DNA of 64,000 bases from an uncultured Actinomycetes bacterium (GTDB lineage Bacteria > Actinomycetota > Thermoleophilia > RBG-16-64-13): the NCBI GenBank assembly GCA_963841735.1, contig CAWJDT010000005.1:224001-288000 (forward strand), read 5' to 3'. A program made the position numbers and the translations under genes. This document shows, piece after piece, positions 36,728-46,145 of this stretch. The notes beneath the pieces were generated by a model. The model searched no databases. It was not told where the DNA came from and saw only the letters and a program-made list of their open reading frames with translations. Every line of letters starts with the position of its first letter. The first letter of the stretch is position 1.

Positions 36728-38958
36728 GCGGAATTGTGAATGATCCAACTCTTGCCCTCGTCAGCCTCCTTGGTGCAGGAGCGGCGGCCGGTGGGATCGC
36801 GCTTCTGTCTGGGGAGCCTGAGGAACCTACCGTCTGGTTTCGCCTCAGCTGGCCACGTGAGGTGGACAACAAGGCCGTCGTCGGATTCCTGCGCACCATC
36901 GCCAGTGACCGTCAGCGCCATGTCGTGGCTCTGGAGGCTATCGGCAGCGGCGGCCAACTGTCTTATCGGATCGGCTTGGCCGAAAAGCGCGCCCAATTCG
37001 TCATTGCCCAACTGAAGTCCTACATCCCCGGCGTATCAGCCGAACTCATCGAGCATGAACAGACCCGCTGCCCGCTCTCCGCCTGGCAAGTCCGCATGAG
37101 TTCCCATCAGCGAGCCCTGCGTACCAGTCAGCCCGAGTCGATCGCCCGGGCCATTATCACCGCTCTGTCCACTATGAGGAGCCAGGAGACTGCCACCGTG
37201 CAATGGCTGCTCGGACCGCGCCTGGAAGCTGCCACCACATCGGAGGGTCTGCTGCGCACCACCTCCTGGAAGCAAACCCTCAAGGGCACCTTTGTGGAAA
37301 GCACCAAGCTCGACCCCGACACCCGCAAGGCCATTAAGGAAAAGAGCGAGGAGGCCGGATTCCGGGCGGTCTGCCGCATCGGTGTCCTCGCATCCAGCGA
37401 TCAGGCCGCGGATATCATCGCGAGCAGGCTGGTGGGCGCGCTTCGCACGGCGGAGGCCCCCGGCGTGCGCATAACACTTAGAAGAGAGAACCCGGAACGC
37501 ATCGCCCTGGCCAGGCCACCGAGAAGCTGGCCGCTCGCCGTCAATGTCGAGGAGTTGGCCTCGCTCCTCGGTTGGCCTCTCGGTGAGATGAGTTATCCCG
37601 GCATCAATCGGGAGGGCGCACGCCTTCTGCCGCCTAGTCCCATGGTTGCCCGGCACGGCCGCGTTCTTGCCGCCGCCAGCTACCCCGGAAGTGCGCAGAG
37701 GTTGGCTCTTAGCACTACCGACTCGCTACAGCACCTTCACTTGTTAGGACCGACCGGTGTCGGCAAGTCCACCCTCATGCTCAACCTCATTGTCCAGGAC
37801 ATGGCGGCCGGGCGCGGCGTGGTAGTCATCGACCCCAAGGGCGATCTCATCCAAGACGTGCTGGAGCGGGTGCCTATGGATCGCCAAAAAGATGTCGTCG
37901 TGCTCGATCCGGCGGACGAACGCCGCCCGGTAGGCTTGAACGTCTTGCAGGGCGGCGGACGCTCACGGGAGCTGATCGCCGATCAGGTGCTGGCGGTCTT
38001 TCATGATCTCTACCGAGAGAACTGGGGACCACGTACCCAGGACATCCTGCACGCCTCGCTGCTGACGCTGGCAGGCAAACCGGGTATAACACTCTGCGCG
38101 CTGCCGATCCTGCTATCGAATCGGGCCTTTCGCAAGTCAGTGACTCGCGACATCACCGACGGCATCGCCCTCAAGCCGTTCTGGAACTGGTTCGAGACCT
38201 TGAGCGAAGGCGAACGTCAACAGGCAATCGCACCGGTCATGAACAAGCTGCGGGCCTTCTTGCTGCGGCCTAGCATGCGCGCGGTTATCGGCCAGGCTGA
38301 GCCGCGCTTCGATATTGAGACCGTCTTTAGTAGCGGGGCCATCCTGCTGGTATCGCTCGCTAAGGGACTGCTGGGTCCGGAAGCCGCTGCGCTCCTGGGA
38401 TCGCTCACTATCTCCCATCTATGGCAAGCGGCCCTAGGACGCGCCCGGGTCCCAGCGAATTCGCGCTCTCCGGTCTTCATCCATATCGATGAGTTCCAGG
38501 ACTACATCCACCTGCCGACCGACCTGGCCGAGGTGTTGGCTCAGGCTCGGGGACTGGGCGTCGGGCTGACCCTCGCACATCAGCACCTGGCCCAGCTGCC
38601 ACCCGCCCTCAGGTTCGCCGTGCTGGCCAACGCTCGCTCGCGGGTCTGCTTCCAACTTGGGCATGAAGACGCCAAGCTGGTTGCGGCTGGACTGTCTGAA
38701 ATCGGCCCGCTCGACCTTCAGAGTCTAGGCCGCTATGAAGCCTACCTGTCTCTGGTGGCCGAAGGCAACGTCACACCGTACGCCTCCGGGCGCACTATCG
38801 CCCCGCCTGAGCCCAGCAGCAATGCGCAGGCCATCCGCCGGATGAGCCGCGAGCGTTTCGGTCGAGACCTAGCCGACATCGAGCGCGACATCGCCGCCCA
38901 ACTCGGTGAAAACGCCGCCCCCGAAGAGTCACCGATTGGCCGCAGGAGGTCATCATGA
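36724..38958 (+). CDS. VirD4/TraD-like type IV coupling ATPase
   Basis: N-terminal TM, HLLGPTGVGKST, VIDPKGD, IDEFQ, QARGLG...AHQ. Confidence 0.88.
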   Translation: MSGIVNDPTLALVSLLGAGAAAGGIALLSGEPEEPTVWFRLSWPREVDNKAVVGFLRTIASDRQRHVVALEAIGSGGQLSYRIGLAEKRAQFVIAQLKSYIPGVSAELIEHEQTRCPLSAWQVRMSSHQRALRTSQPESIARAIITALSTMRSQETATVQWLLGPRLEAATTSEGLLRTTSWKQTLKGTFVESTKLDPDTRKAIKEKSEEAGFRAVCRIGVLASSDQAADIIASRLVGALRTAEAPGVRITLRRENPERIALARPPRSWPLAVNVEELASLLGWPLGEMSYPGINREGARLLPPSPMVARHGRVLAAASYPGSAQRLALSTTDSLQHLHLLGPTGVGKSTLMLNLIVQDMAAGRGVVVIDPKGDLIQDVLERVPMDRQKDVVVLDPADERRPVGLNVLQGGGRSRELIADQVLAVFHDLYRENWGPRTQDILHASLLTLAGKPGITLCALPILLSNRAFRKSVTRDITDGIALKPFWNWFETLSEGERQQAIAPVMNKLRAFLLRPSMRAVIGQAEPRFDIETVFSSGAILLVSLAKGLLGPEAAALLGSLTISHLWQAALGRARVPANSRSPVFIHIDEFQDYIHLPTDLAEVLAQARGLGVGLTLAHQHLAQLPPALRFAVLANARSRVCFQLGHEDAKLVAAGLSEIGPLDLQSLGRYEAYLSLVAEGNVTPYASGRTIAPPEPSSNAQAIRRMSRERFGRDLADIERDIAAQLGENAAPEESPIGRRRSS

Positions 38959-39872
38959 CCCTCCCGTTCGCCCTCCCGCTCGCGTGGCCTTGGCTTTTCG
39001 AGACCACCTGCAAATCCGAGGCAAACCGCTTGCGCTGCGCGACGACTCTTAGTCTCTCTCGTATGCATTCTTCGAGAGACAAGGCTATGAGGCGCGGCCC
39101 CTCTGCTCATGGCGTTAGGCAGACTCTCAGTGAACGCGATGAAGCCATCATCAGGAGCGTAGAGGACTACCGCTATATGTCCTCCGGTCAGCTAGAGCTG
39201 CTGCACTTCTCCGACCAGGCCAGCCAACCGACCGCCGCCAGAACTTGCCGACGAGTGCTGTCGCGCCTCACCAAATTGGGCCTGCTATGGCAGCTTGAAC
39301 GACGCATCGGAGGGGTGCGGGCAGGCTCGGCCTCCTACGTCTATGGCCTGGGAGCGCTGGGCTATCGGATTCTGCATGAGGGCTCGCCACCGAGGCAGAA
39401 CGAACCGTCGACCCAGTTTCTCGATCACACGCTCGCCATCACCGGGCTGGCCGTCGATCTGCACGTCCAGGAGAGGAGCGGCTCGCTGGAGCTTCTCGAA
39501 GTCGCGACCGAGCCAAAATGCTGGCGGCCGTTCACCGTCGGCCTGGAAAGTAGCGAGACCCTGAAGCCGGACCTCTTCGTCTCGCTGCGCTCCGGTGGCT
39601 ACGAGTACCACTGGTTCGTCGAGGTCGATCTTGCCACTCATAGCGCCGCCTCGGTGCTTCGTAAATGTGCCATCTATCAGAAGTACTGGCAGACAGGCAT
39701 TGAACAAGACAGGTCGGGGGTATTTCCGAAAGTCCTCTGGGTCACTCCGTACACCCGGCGGCAAGCGCTAATTCGACGCTCGATCTCGGCCTCTCGCCAG
39801 CTTCACCCGGATCTCTTTCAAGTGTGCAGTCGTGAGGCCGCCGTGGCCTGCCTGACGGGGGAAGAGTCATGA
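38955..39872 (+). CDS. Replication-relaxation (Replic_Relax) family protein
   Basis: wHTH (LSERDEAII), FLDHTLAI, KPD...FVEVDLAT, FPKVLWV. Confidence 0.85.
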   Translation: MTLPFALPLAWPWLFETTCKSEANRLRCATTLSLSRMHSSRDKAMRRGPSAHGVRQTLSERDEAIIRSVEDYRYMSSGQLELLHFSDQASQPTAARTCRRVLSRLTKLGLLWQLERRIGGVRAGSASYVYGLGALGYRILHEGSPPRQNEPSTQFLDHTLAITGLAVDLHVQERSGSLELLEVATEPKCWRPFTVGLESSETLKPDLFVSLRSGGYEYHWFVEVDLATHSAASVLRKCAIYQKYWQTGIEQDRSGVFPKVLWVTPYTRRQALIRRSISASRQLHPDLFQVCSREAAVACLTGEES

Positions 39873-40999
39873 GGCCGCTGCCGCTCGGACAGGTCATGGT
39901 CGGCGACGCCCGCCAAGTCCTGGACAGCCTGCCGGAGCATTCGGTCGACTGCGTCATAACCAGCCCGCCGTATTACCGGCTGCGCAACTACCAGCACGAT
40001 GATCAGATTGGGCTGGAGGCGCATGTCGAGGACTGGGTGCGCGAACTGCGCGCCGTGGCCCGCAAGATCGCCAGAGTCCTAAAAGAGGAAGGAGCCTTTT
40101 GGTTGAGCCTTGGCGACACGTTCTCGCGCTCAACAGAAGACGGAGCACTGCCGAAGTCACTCGTTCTGGCCCCGGAGCGCTTGGCTCTCGCTCTTATCAA
40201 GGACGGGTGGATTCTGCGCAACAAGGTGGTGTGGGCCAAGACCAACCCCATGCCGACCAGCGTACGCGACCGGCTCAGCTGCACCCACGAGTACCTGTAT
40301 TTCTTCGTCCGCCGCCGCCACTACTACTTTGATCTGGATGCCATCCGCATGCCGCATGTCAGCCCGCCTAACAAGGTCAGCGCAAGCGCCGGGACTTGGT
40401 CCGTGCCGCCAGGCTGGCGCGGGCCGAATAGCGGGCGCAACGAGGGCTTGGGCCGACTCAAACGGGCGGGTCTGGCTGGGCATCCGCTCGGCAAGAACCC
40501 CGGCGATGTGTGGCGCCTGGCCACGGCTGGCTATCGCGGGCAGCATCACGCTGTATTCCCGGAACGCTTGGTCGAACGGCCGCTGCTTGCCAGCTGCCCA
40601 GAGAAGGTCTGCTCGGCCTGCGGCAAGGCCTGGACCCGGCGGAGAGCGAAGTCACTAGGTCACGTGGCCGTCACTGCAACGCTGGCCCCAAATTGCCCAT
40701 GCAAAGCAGGACCTCTCCCCGGCGTTGTCCTTGATCCGTTTATCGGCTCAGGCACGGTGGCGGTGGTAGCTGAGCGCCACAAACGCGACTGGATGGGAAT
40801 CGACATCAACCCGACCTTCTCATCGCTCGTCGCCGGTCGGCTGGGGAACGCTCCCGCTAAGTATTCAACAGAACCCGCCCGGTCCGTTTCTCGATCAAAC
40901 GCAGCCCATGCGCCAGGACGCCCTGCGCCCGTGGGCTGCGCCACACCGAGAAGGCACGGCAACGAAGACAAACACGGAATCAAGGAGGTCAACGGATGA
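39869..40999 (+). CDS. Orphan beta-class N4/N6 DNA methyltransferase
   Basis: TSPPYY, HHAVFP, VLDPFIGSGT. Confidence 0.9.
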   Translation: MRPLPLGQVMVGDARQVLDSLPEHSVDCVITSPPYYRLRNYQHDDQIGLEAHVEDWVRELRAVARKIARVLKEEGAFWLSLGDTFSRSTEDGALPKSLVLAPERLALALIKDGWILRNKVVWAKTNPMPTSVRDRLSCTHEYLYFFVRRRHYYFDLDAIRMPHVSPPNKVSASAGTWSVPPGWRGPNSGRNEGLGRLKRAGLAGHPLGKNPGDVWRLATAGYRGQHHAVFPERLVERPLLASCPEKVCSACGKAWTRRRAKSLGHVAVTATLAPNCPCKAGPLPGVVLDPFIGSGTVAVVAERHKRDWMGIDINPTFSSLVAGRLGNAPAKYSTEPARSVSRSNAAHAPGRPAPVGCATPRRHGNEDKHGIKEVNG

Positions 41000-41292
41000 A
41001 GACTCTTGCCATTCGCATGGAGGAGGATCAGCACGCCCAGATGAGCGTTCTCGCTCAGCTTTCCGGTCGGACCATCACCGACGAGATACGGGAAGCCATC
41101 GAGACGCACATCGAAAGCAAGCGTTCCAATCCCGAGCTGACGGCCAAGGCCCAGGACGTTCTCGATGACATCGAGCGTCAGGCGCACGTCCGCCAATACG
41201 CGATCATCACGCTGTTCGGAGAGGGCGCCAAGCCCGAGCCGAAAAAAGCCGACGCCCACAAAGAGCCGACCCCAAACACCCCGTCCAAGTAA
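40996..41292 (+). CDS. Ribbon-helix-helix-like DNA-binding protein
   Basis: MKTLAIRM beta strand then helices; ATGA overlap. Confidence 0.65.
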   Translation: MKTLAIRMEEDQHAQMSVLAQLSGRTITDEIREAIETHIESKRSNPELTAKAQDVLDDIERQAHVRQYAIITLFGEGAKPEPKKADAHKEPTPNTPSK

Positions 41293-41324
41293 CTTTTCTC
41301 TCGCCTGCAGCCACTCGGTGTTGC

Positions 41325-41366
41325 GGGGACCTGGTTCGCGGACAGAATCCGTCGAACCAGGTCCCC
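41325..41366. other. Long hairpin (terminator or oriT/nick-site candidate)
   Basis: 14-bp perfect arms GGGGACCTGGTTCG/CGAACCAGGTCCCC plus inner CGGA/TCCG. Confidence 0.6.
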
Positions 41367-41450
41367 AGGAATCACAAAATCCCTGCAAAACCGTTGTAGA
41401 ATTGTCCCTATGCGATGCGTTTTCGCATCGTTCCTGGTAGAATAGAGGGA

Positions 41451-41834
41451 ATGAAACCGCGACGAAGGCGGGGATTTGGGATGACAAAAGAAGAGACAGA
41501 AAGACTCGGCGAACTATTGAAGGCGAAGCGGCAACAGCTTGGCCTGTCAACACACCGCCTGGCGAAGCTGGCTGACGTTGACCAGGCCACGGTCGTCCGA
41601 ATCGAGAGCGGGGGTATCAGCGCGCCCCACTCTGACAAGCTCGCACGCATCGCGGCTGCGCTGGAACTACCTGCGAGCAAGGTCTTCGCCCTGGCCGGCT
41701 ACTTCTTCCCGAACGACCTGCCAGAGCTGTCCACCTATCTCAGGCTGCAATATCCGGAACTACTCGCAGAAGACAGAGTGAAGATCGAGCAACTAATTGG
41801 ACGACTAGAAAAGAAACGCAAAGTAGCTATCTAA
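41451..41834 (+). CDS. Xre-family HTH repressor
   Basis: LGELLKAKRQQLGLSTHRLAKLADVDQATVVRIESG; the start could also be 41481. Confidence 0.88.
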   Translation: MKPRRRRGFGMTKEETERLGELLKAKRQQLGLSTHRLAKLADVDQATVVRIESGGISAPHSDKLARIAAALELPASKVFALAGYFFPNDLPELSTYLRLQYPELLAEDRVKIEQLIGRLEKKRKVAI

Positions 41835-41862
41835 GGCAATGGGCCAGAAAGGAGGGAGGGTA

Positions 41863-43593
41863 ATGGCACCAGAACACACAGATGAGGCGGGCACCATGGA
41901 CGAACGCACAGCGAGTCCGGTTCAAGCAGGAGACGTGCGTGCAGTCATATACCTGCGCGTTTCGACGAGGGAGCAAGCTGAGATGGGCGGCGAAGCGGAG
42001 GGATACTCCATCCCGGCTCAACGAGCAGCCTGCACACGCAAGGCCGGTTCCCTGAATGCTTTTGTCACTGAGGAGTTCGTCGACCGAGGCGAGAGTGCCA
42101 AGACCGCCAATCGCCCCGAATTGATGAACATGCTCCGATACCTACGCGAGCACCCCGTCCAGTACGTCATCGTGCACAAGGTTGACCGTCTGGCCCGCAA
42201 CAGAGCCGATGATGTCGCCATCACCGTGGCGGTGAAGAATGCCGGGGCGACCCTCGTCTCCTGCTCCGAGAACATCGACGAGACGCCGAGCGGCCTTCTC
42301 TTGCACGGCATCATGAGTTCAATCGCAGAGTTTTACAGTGCCAACCTGGCGACCGAAGTCCGCAAAGGAATGGACCAGAAGGCCAAGACTGGTGGAACGC
42401 CTACAAAGGCTCCGGTCGGCTACCTGCATGTCCGCCGGCTGGAAAATGGCCACGAGGTCAAGACGATCGAAGTAGATCCCGACCGCGCGCCCCTCGTCCT
42501 GCTGGCGTTTCAGCTCTACGCCACCGGGCAATGGACGATTAGCGAGCTGAACGACAAGCTCGCTGATATGGGTCTCACATCCCGACCCGGCCCCAACACC
42601 CCAGCCAAACGCATGAGTCGGGCGGCCTTCCATATGGTGCTCTGCAACCCCTACTACATCGGCAAGGTAAAACATCGCGGGATGCAGTATGACGGCAACC
42701 ACCCACCTCTGATCCCTCTCGAGCTTTTCAACCAAGTTCAGGCCATGTTGGTGGCGCATCGGCACGCAGGGGAAAAGCAACAGACCTACATCCACTACCT
42801 CAAAGGCAGCATATTCTGCGGCACGTGCGGCGCCAAGCTCAGCCTCATGAACCCGCGCAGCTGCAACGGCGATCTCTATCACTACTTCTTCTGCCTGGGG
42901 CGGCAGTACAACAAGCACAGCTGCTCGCAGAAGGTCATGGATATCACTCAAGTCGAGAAGCTGGTCGAGGAGCACTACCTGACAATCCAGCTACCAGAAG
43001 AACGGGTAGCGGAGATCACCTATTCGCTGCGGCAGGCCCTAGCCGACCACCGCGAAGAGGCGGAAGCGGCCGAGCGACTGGAGACTCTGAGAATAAGCCG
43101 CCTGAGCAAGGAACGGGAGAAGCTTTTGCAGCTTCACTATGCGGATGCCGTTCCAGCCGATCTATTCAAGCAGGAGGCGGGGCGCATCACCCGCGAACTT
43201 GAAGAGGCCCGTCGGCAGCTGGCGATCGTCTCAGTCTCCTTCGATACGATTGAGAAGAACATGGAACGAGCCCTCAAACTGGCCCGAGATTGCTACACGG
43301 CCTACAAAGACGCAGACGACACGACTAGACGGCTTTTCAACCAGGCGTTCTTCGACAAGCTCCTCATCTGCTACGACGGCACGGTGACGCACGAGTTGGC
43401 TGAGCCCTTCAAGCTGCTACTCGACCCAGACTTAGTCGGTTGGTTCAAGCCAAAGGGAAGATCAAGGAAAGCGGCAGGGGCAAGCAACACCGCGCGGAGG
43501 GCTGATAACGCCAACAGCCTGGCTTTTGGCCAGGCTGTTGGTTCAAACAACGAAACTTTGGTGGGGGATACTGGATTTGAACCGGCAAGATGA
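41863..43593 (+). CDS. Large serine recombinase (integrase)
   Basis: AVIYLRVST catalytic Ser, DRLAR, recombinase domain (NPYYIG), Zn ribbon CGTCG, coiled coil. Confidence 0.93.
   Translation: MAPEHTDEAGTMDERTASPVQAGDVRAVIYLRVSTREQAEMGGEAEGYSIPAQRAACTRKAGSLNAFVTEEFVDRGESAKTANRPELMNMLRYLREHPVQYVIVHKVDRLARNRADDVAITVAVKNAGATLVSCSENIDETPSGLLLHGIMSSIAEFYSANLATEVRKGMDQKAKTGGTPTKAPVGYLHVRRLENGHEVKTIEVDPDRAPLVLLAFQLYATGQWTISELNDKLADMGLTSRPGPNTPAKRMSRAAFHMVLCNPYYIGKVKHRGMQYDGNHPPLIPLELFNQVQAMLVAHRHAGEKQQTYIHYLKGSIFCGTCGAKLSLMNPRSCNGDLYHYFFCLGRQYNKHSCSQKVMDITQVEKLVEEHYLTIQLPEERVAEITYSLRQALADHREEAEAAERLETLRISRLSKEREKLLQLHYADAVPADLFKQEAGRITRELEEARRQLAIVSVSFDTIEKNMERALKLARDCYTAYKDADDTTRRLFNQAFFDKLLICYDGTVTHELAEPFKLLLDPDLVGWFKPKGRSRKAAGASNTARRADNANSLAFGQAVGSNNETLVGDTGFEPAR
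43559..43586 (-). other. tRNA(Val-like) 3'-end fragment, att-site candidate
   Basis: Minus strand GCCGGTTCAAATCCAGTATCCCCCACCA: T-loop, acceptor strand and CCA; no D or anticodon arm. Confidence 0.7.
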
Positions 43594-43842
43594 GAATTGC
43601 CCGGAATAGTGGCCTCACGGTCTCAGACTCGCCCCCGGCGGCTCCGTATCTCCGGTCCAGACGATGGCACAGTTCGGCCCCTCGGGGGTATCCCTGGGGA
43701 AGTGAACACGCGAAGCATGACTCCCACCAGAACCAGCTCCGCCAGCGCCACCACGACCCCGACATGCCAAGGCTTGATCCGCCTCAGTCCAGCATTGCGC
43801 CGGCGCCGATACGTGCCCACTTGCCCAAAGACCTGCCGCTTG

Positions 43843-45132
43843 TCATGCGTCGCCGCGGCCGAACCGCGCCACCAAGGCCAAGCGATCATCTTGCGACCGC
43901 CTCTCTTCATGAAAACGTTCGCTCGCGCGACATAGGGCCGCCGGCAAATCGGAGAGCGGGCAGCAGCTCGCGACGTCCCTCCAAACAGCGGTGATGCCCT
44001 CCACGCCAAACAGCGCACCGCCGCGGCGTGACTCGGCTATGCCATCTGTGTAGAGCAGGAGTGCCGCGCCCGAGGCGAAGGGAACCGTCCCGCCCGCAAA
44101 GAGCTCGCTCGCCCCCACTCCCAGCGGAAGGTTGGCCGGAAGGTCGATCTCCTCGAGCGTTCCTCCCTGTTCAAGCCGGACCGGAGGCGGGTGCCCGGCC
44201 ACAGCCGCGGCCAGCTCCCCTGCTGCGCTGTAACGACAGATCACCAGAGTCACAAATCGGTCGGCGGAGATGACGTCCGCCAGCAACCTGTTCGCCTGCG
44301 CGAGCAGCTCACTCGGATCGCCACACGTGCGGGCGAGTTCGCTGATGCCGCGACGCGCCTGAGCGGCCATGCCCGCCACCTCTATTCCCTTGCCGCAACA
44401 GTCGCCCACGTAGACGACCACCTCCCCGGAATCGAGGGCAAAGGCGTCGTAGAAATCGCCGCCCACCTGAGCCATCTCGGTCGCCGAAGTGAAGGCCACG
44501 GCCAGATCCACGCCGGGGATGCGCGGCAGATCCCGCGGCAAGAGAGCCATCTCCACCGCTTGGAGTAAAGCCCGCTGCCGCTCCTCCTCTTGATAGCGGC
44601 CAAGAAATGAGCCGCATATCCGACAAGCCTGCTCCAGAACGTCGGCGCTGGCGGAGAACTTCTCGGGGGCTGAGTCGGCCAGGTGAAGAGAGCCCAGGGA
44701 GCCGTCCTCGCCCAGAAGCGGAAAGATGGCGATAGATTCATACCCTTCGAGGATGCACCGCCCCCGCACGTGCCCCAACTCTTCGGGCGCGAACTCCTTG
44801 CCGATGGACTGCACCCTCCCCCACACGAAGGAGCCGCCGGCTGTGAAGAAGGGAAGCCCAGGGTCGCCCAGACGTGAGCACACGCGCCCGCACATGCATT
44901 CGCCGGCGCCGATGAGGGCCTCGTCTTGTAGGAAGCGGGCATTCAAACCCCGATGGACAACGGCGGGGATCCATCCTCCCCCTCGTCCCTCTGTCTCCAC
45001 CATCCTGAGCATGGCCGCGTCGCAGCCGGTTAGCTCCCGAGCCCAGTCGGTCAGACTCCCAGCGGCCTCGTCGAACGTGCGGGCCTGGGCTACCCGCGCG
45101 ACGATCTCAGTCAGTGCCCTGGTATATGGCAC
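43843..45132 (-). CDS. GAF plus SpoIIE/PP2C phosphatase
   Basis: VGGDFYD, GDCCGKG, AGHPPP, LYTDG, DDRLAL; start uncertain. Confidence 0.88.
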   Translation of the reverse strand: MPYTRALTEIVARVAQARTFDEAAGSLTDWARELTGCDAAMLRMVETEGRGGGWIPAVVHRGLNARFLQDEALIGAGECMCGRVCSRLGDPGLPFFTAGGSFVWGRVQSIGKEFAPEELGHVRGRCILEGYESIAIFPLLGEDGSLGSLHLADSAPEKFSASADVLEQACRICGSFLGRYQEEERQRALLQAVEMALLPRDLPRIPGVDLAVAFTSATEMAQVGGDFYDAFALDSGEVVVYVGDCCGKGIEVAGMAAQARRGISELARTCGDPSELLAQANRLLADVISADRFVTLVICRYSAAGELAAAVAGHPPPVRLEQGGTLEEIDLPANLPLGVGASELFAGGTVPFASGAALLLYTDGIAESRRGGALFGVEGITAVWRDVASCCPLSDLPAALCRASERFHEERRSQDDRLALVARFGRGDA

Positions 45133-45133
45133 G

Positions 45134-46141
45134 CTATTCCCCCTGCCAGTCGCTCTGCCATACCACCGACCCTGTCGTGTCCACATAGGCCAAGGTGCTC
45201 ATCAGCTGCACCGCCGCCAACCCTCCCGCAAACGGGTCGCCCGCGTCATACCGCGGCGTGATGACGAACGAGCCGCTCGTGTCCACATATCCCCAAAGAC
45301 CGCCGTCCTCTGCCTGCACCGGAGCCAGCCCCTCGCCAAAGGGCCATGCGTCGGCGAACTGGGGCTCGACCGCCCAAGCCCCGCTGGTGTCGATGTAGCC
45401 CCATTTGCCCTTCTCCCTGTCGTATGCCGCGGCCAGCCCATCGGAGAACGGTCTCACCAGGCTGAACCCCGGCCGGATGACCCAGGCGCCGGTCTGGTCG
45501 ATGAAGCCCCAACCATCGCCGACCACAACCGCCGCAAGCCCGTCGGAGAAGGCCATGGCGCCGTCGAACCGAGCCTCGATCACCCAAGCACCGGCATCGT
45601 CTATGTAGCCGAACTTGCCCCCCGCCCCTGCCATCGCCAGACCGCCCGACAAACTCTCCGCGTACTCGAACTCGGCCGCGATCACCAACGAACCAGCGCT
45701 ATCGATGTAGCCCCACAGGCCATCGGACTCCGGCTGCACGGCCGCCAGACCTTCGGAGAACGACCAGGCGTTGGCGAACTGCGCTTGTATCAAGAATGAT
45801 CCGCTACTGTCGATGTATCCCCACCTGCTCTGGTTGCCGGTGCGCACCAAGGCGAGACCCTCGGAGAACGGCCAGGCCTCGTAGTACCTCGGCTGGATGA
45901 CCAGCGCACCGCTCCCGTCCATGTAGCCCATCTGCCCGTCGGCGACGATGGGATAGAGCTGTGAGGCATCGATCATGCCGGTGGCGCCCGTGCCGCCGGT
46001 GGTGCCGGGACCGGCCGCGCCAACCCCAGTCGTGACCGAGCCCCCGACCCCTGGATGACCGGCTTCGGACGAAGAACAGCCGGCAAACGCAACCGCCCCT
46101 ACCAGCAGCAGAACCACGAGGAGCATGAACAGGCGTCTCAT
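45134..46141 (-). CDS. WG-repeat lipoprotein
   Basis: Lipobox FAGC; repeats WGYID.SG...FSEGLA. Confidence 0.85.
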   Translation of the reverse strand: MRRLFMLLVVLLLVGAVAFAGCSSSEAGHPGVGGSVTTGVGAAGPGTTGGTGATGMIDASQLYPIVADGQMGYMDGSGALVIQPRYYEAWPFSEGLALVRTGNQSRWGYIDSSGSFLIQAQFANAWSFSEGLAAVQPESDGLWGYIDSAGSLVIAAEFEYAESLSGGLAMAGAGGKFGYIDDAGAWVIEARFDGAMAFSDGLAAVVVGDGWGFIDQTGAWVIRPGFSLVRPFSDGLAAAYDREKGKWGYIDTSGAWAVEPQFADAWPFGEGLAPVQAEDGGLWGYVDTSGSFVITPRYDAGDPFAGGLAAVQLMSTLAYVDTTGSVVWQSDWQGE

Positions 46142-46145
46142 CGAA

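Larger units (their letters stand above)
19331..43590. mobile_element. Integrative (mobilizable) element with defence cargo, about 24 kb
   Basis: Serine recombinase ending in a tRNA 3' fragment, Xre, Replic_Relax, VirD4-like ATPase; visibly lower GC; WG-repeat genes on both flanks; left boundary approximate. Confidence 0.8.

Noticed and set aside
43559-43636. 78-nt minus-strand stretch GGGGGCG...CCCCCACCA as a full tRNA or tmRNA
   Set aside because: No D-arm or anticodon arm, and the acceptor and T stems are mismatched; kept only as a 3' fragment
43623-44018. 131-aa ORF with one hydrophobic segment
   Set aside because: Overlaps the phosphatase gene; a shorter membrane peptide is possible but not supportable from the sequence
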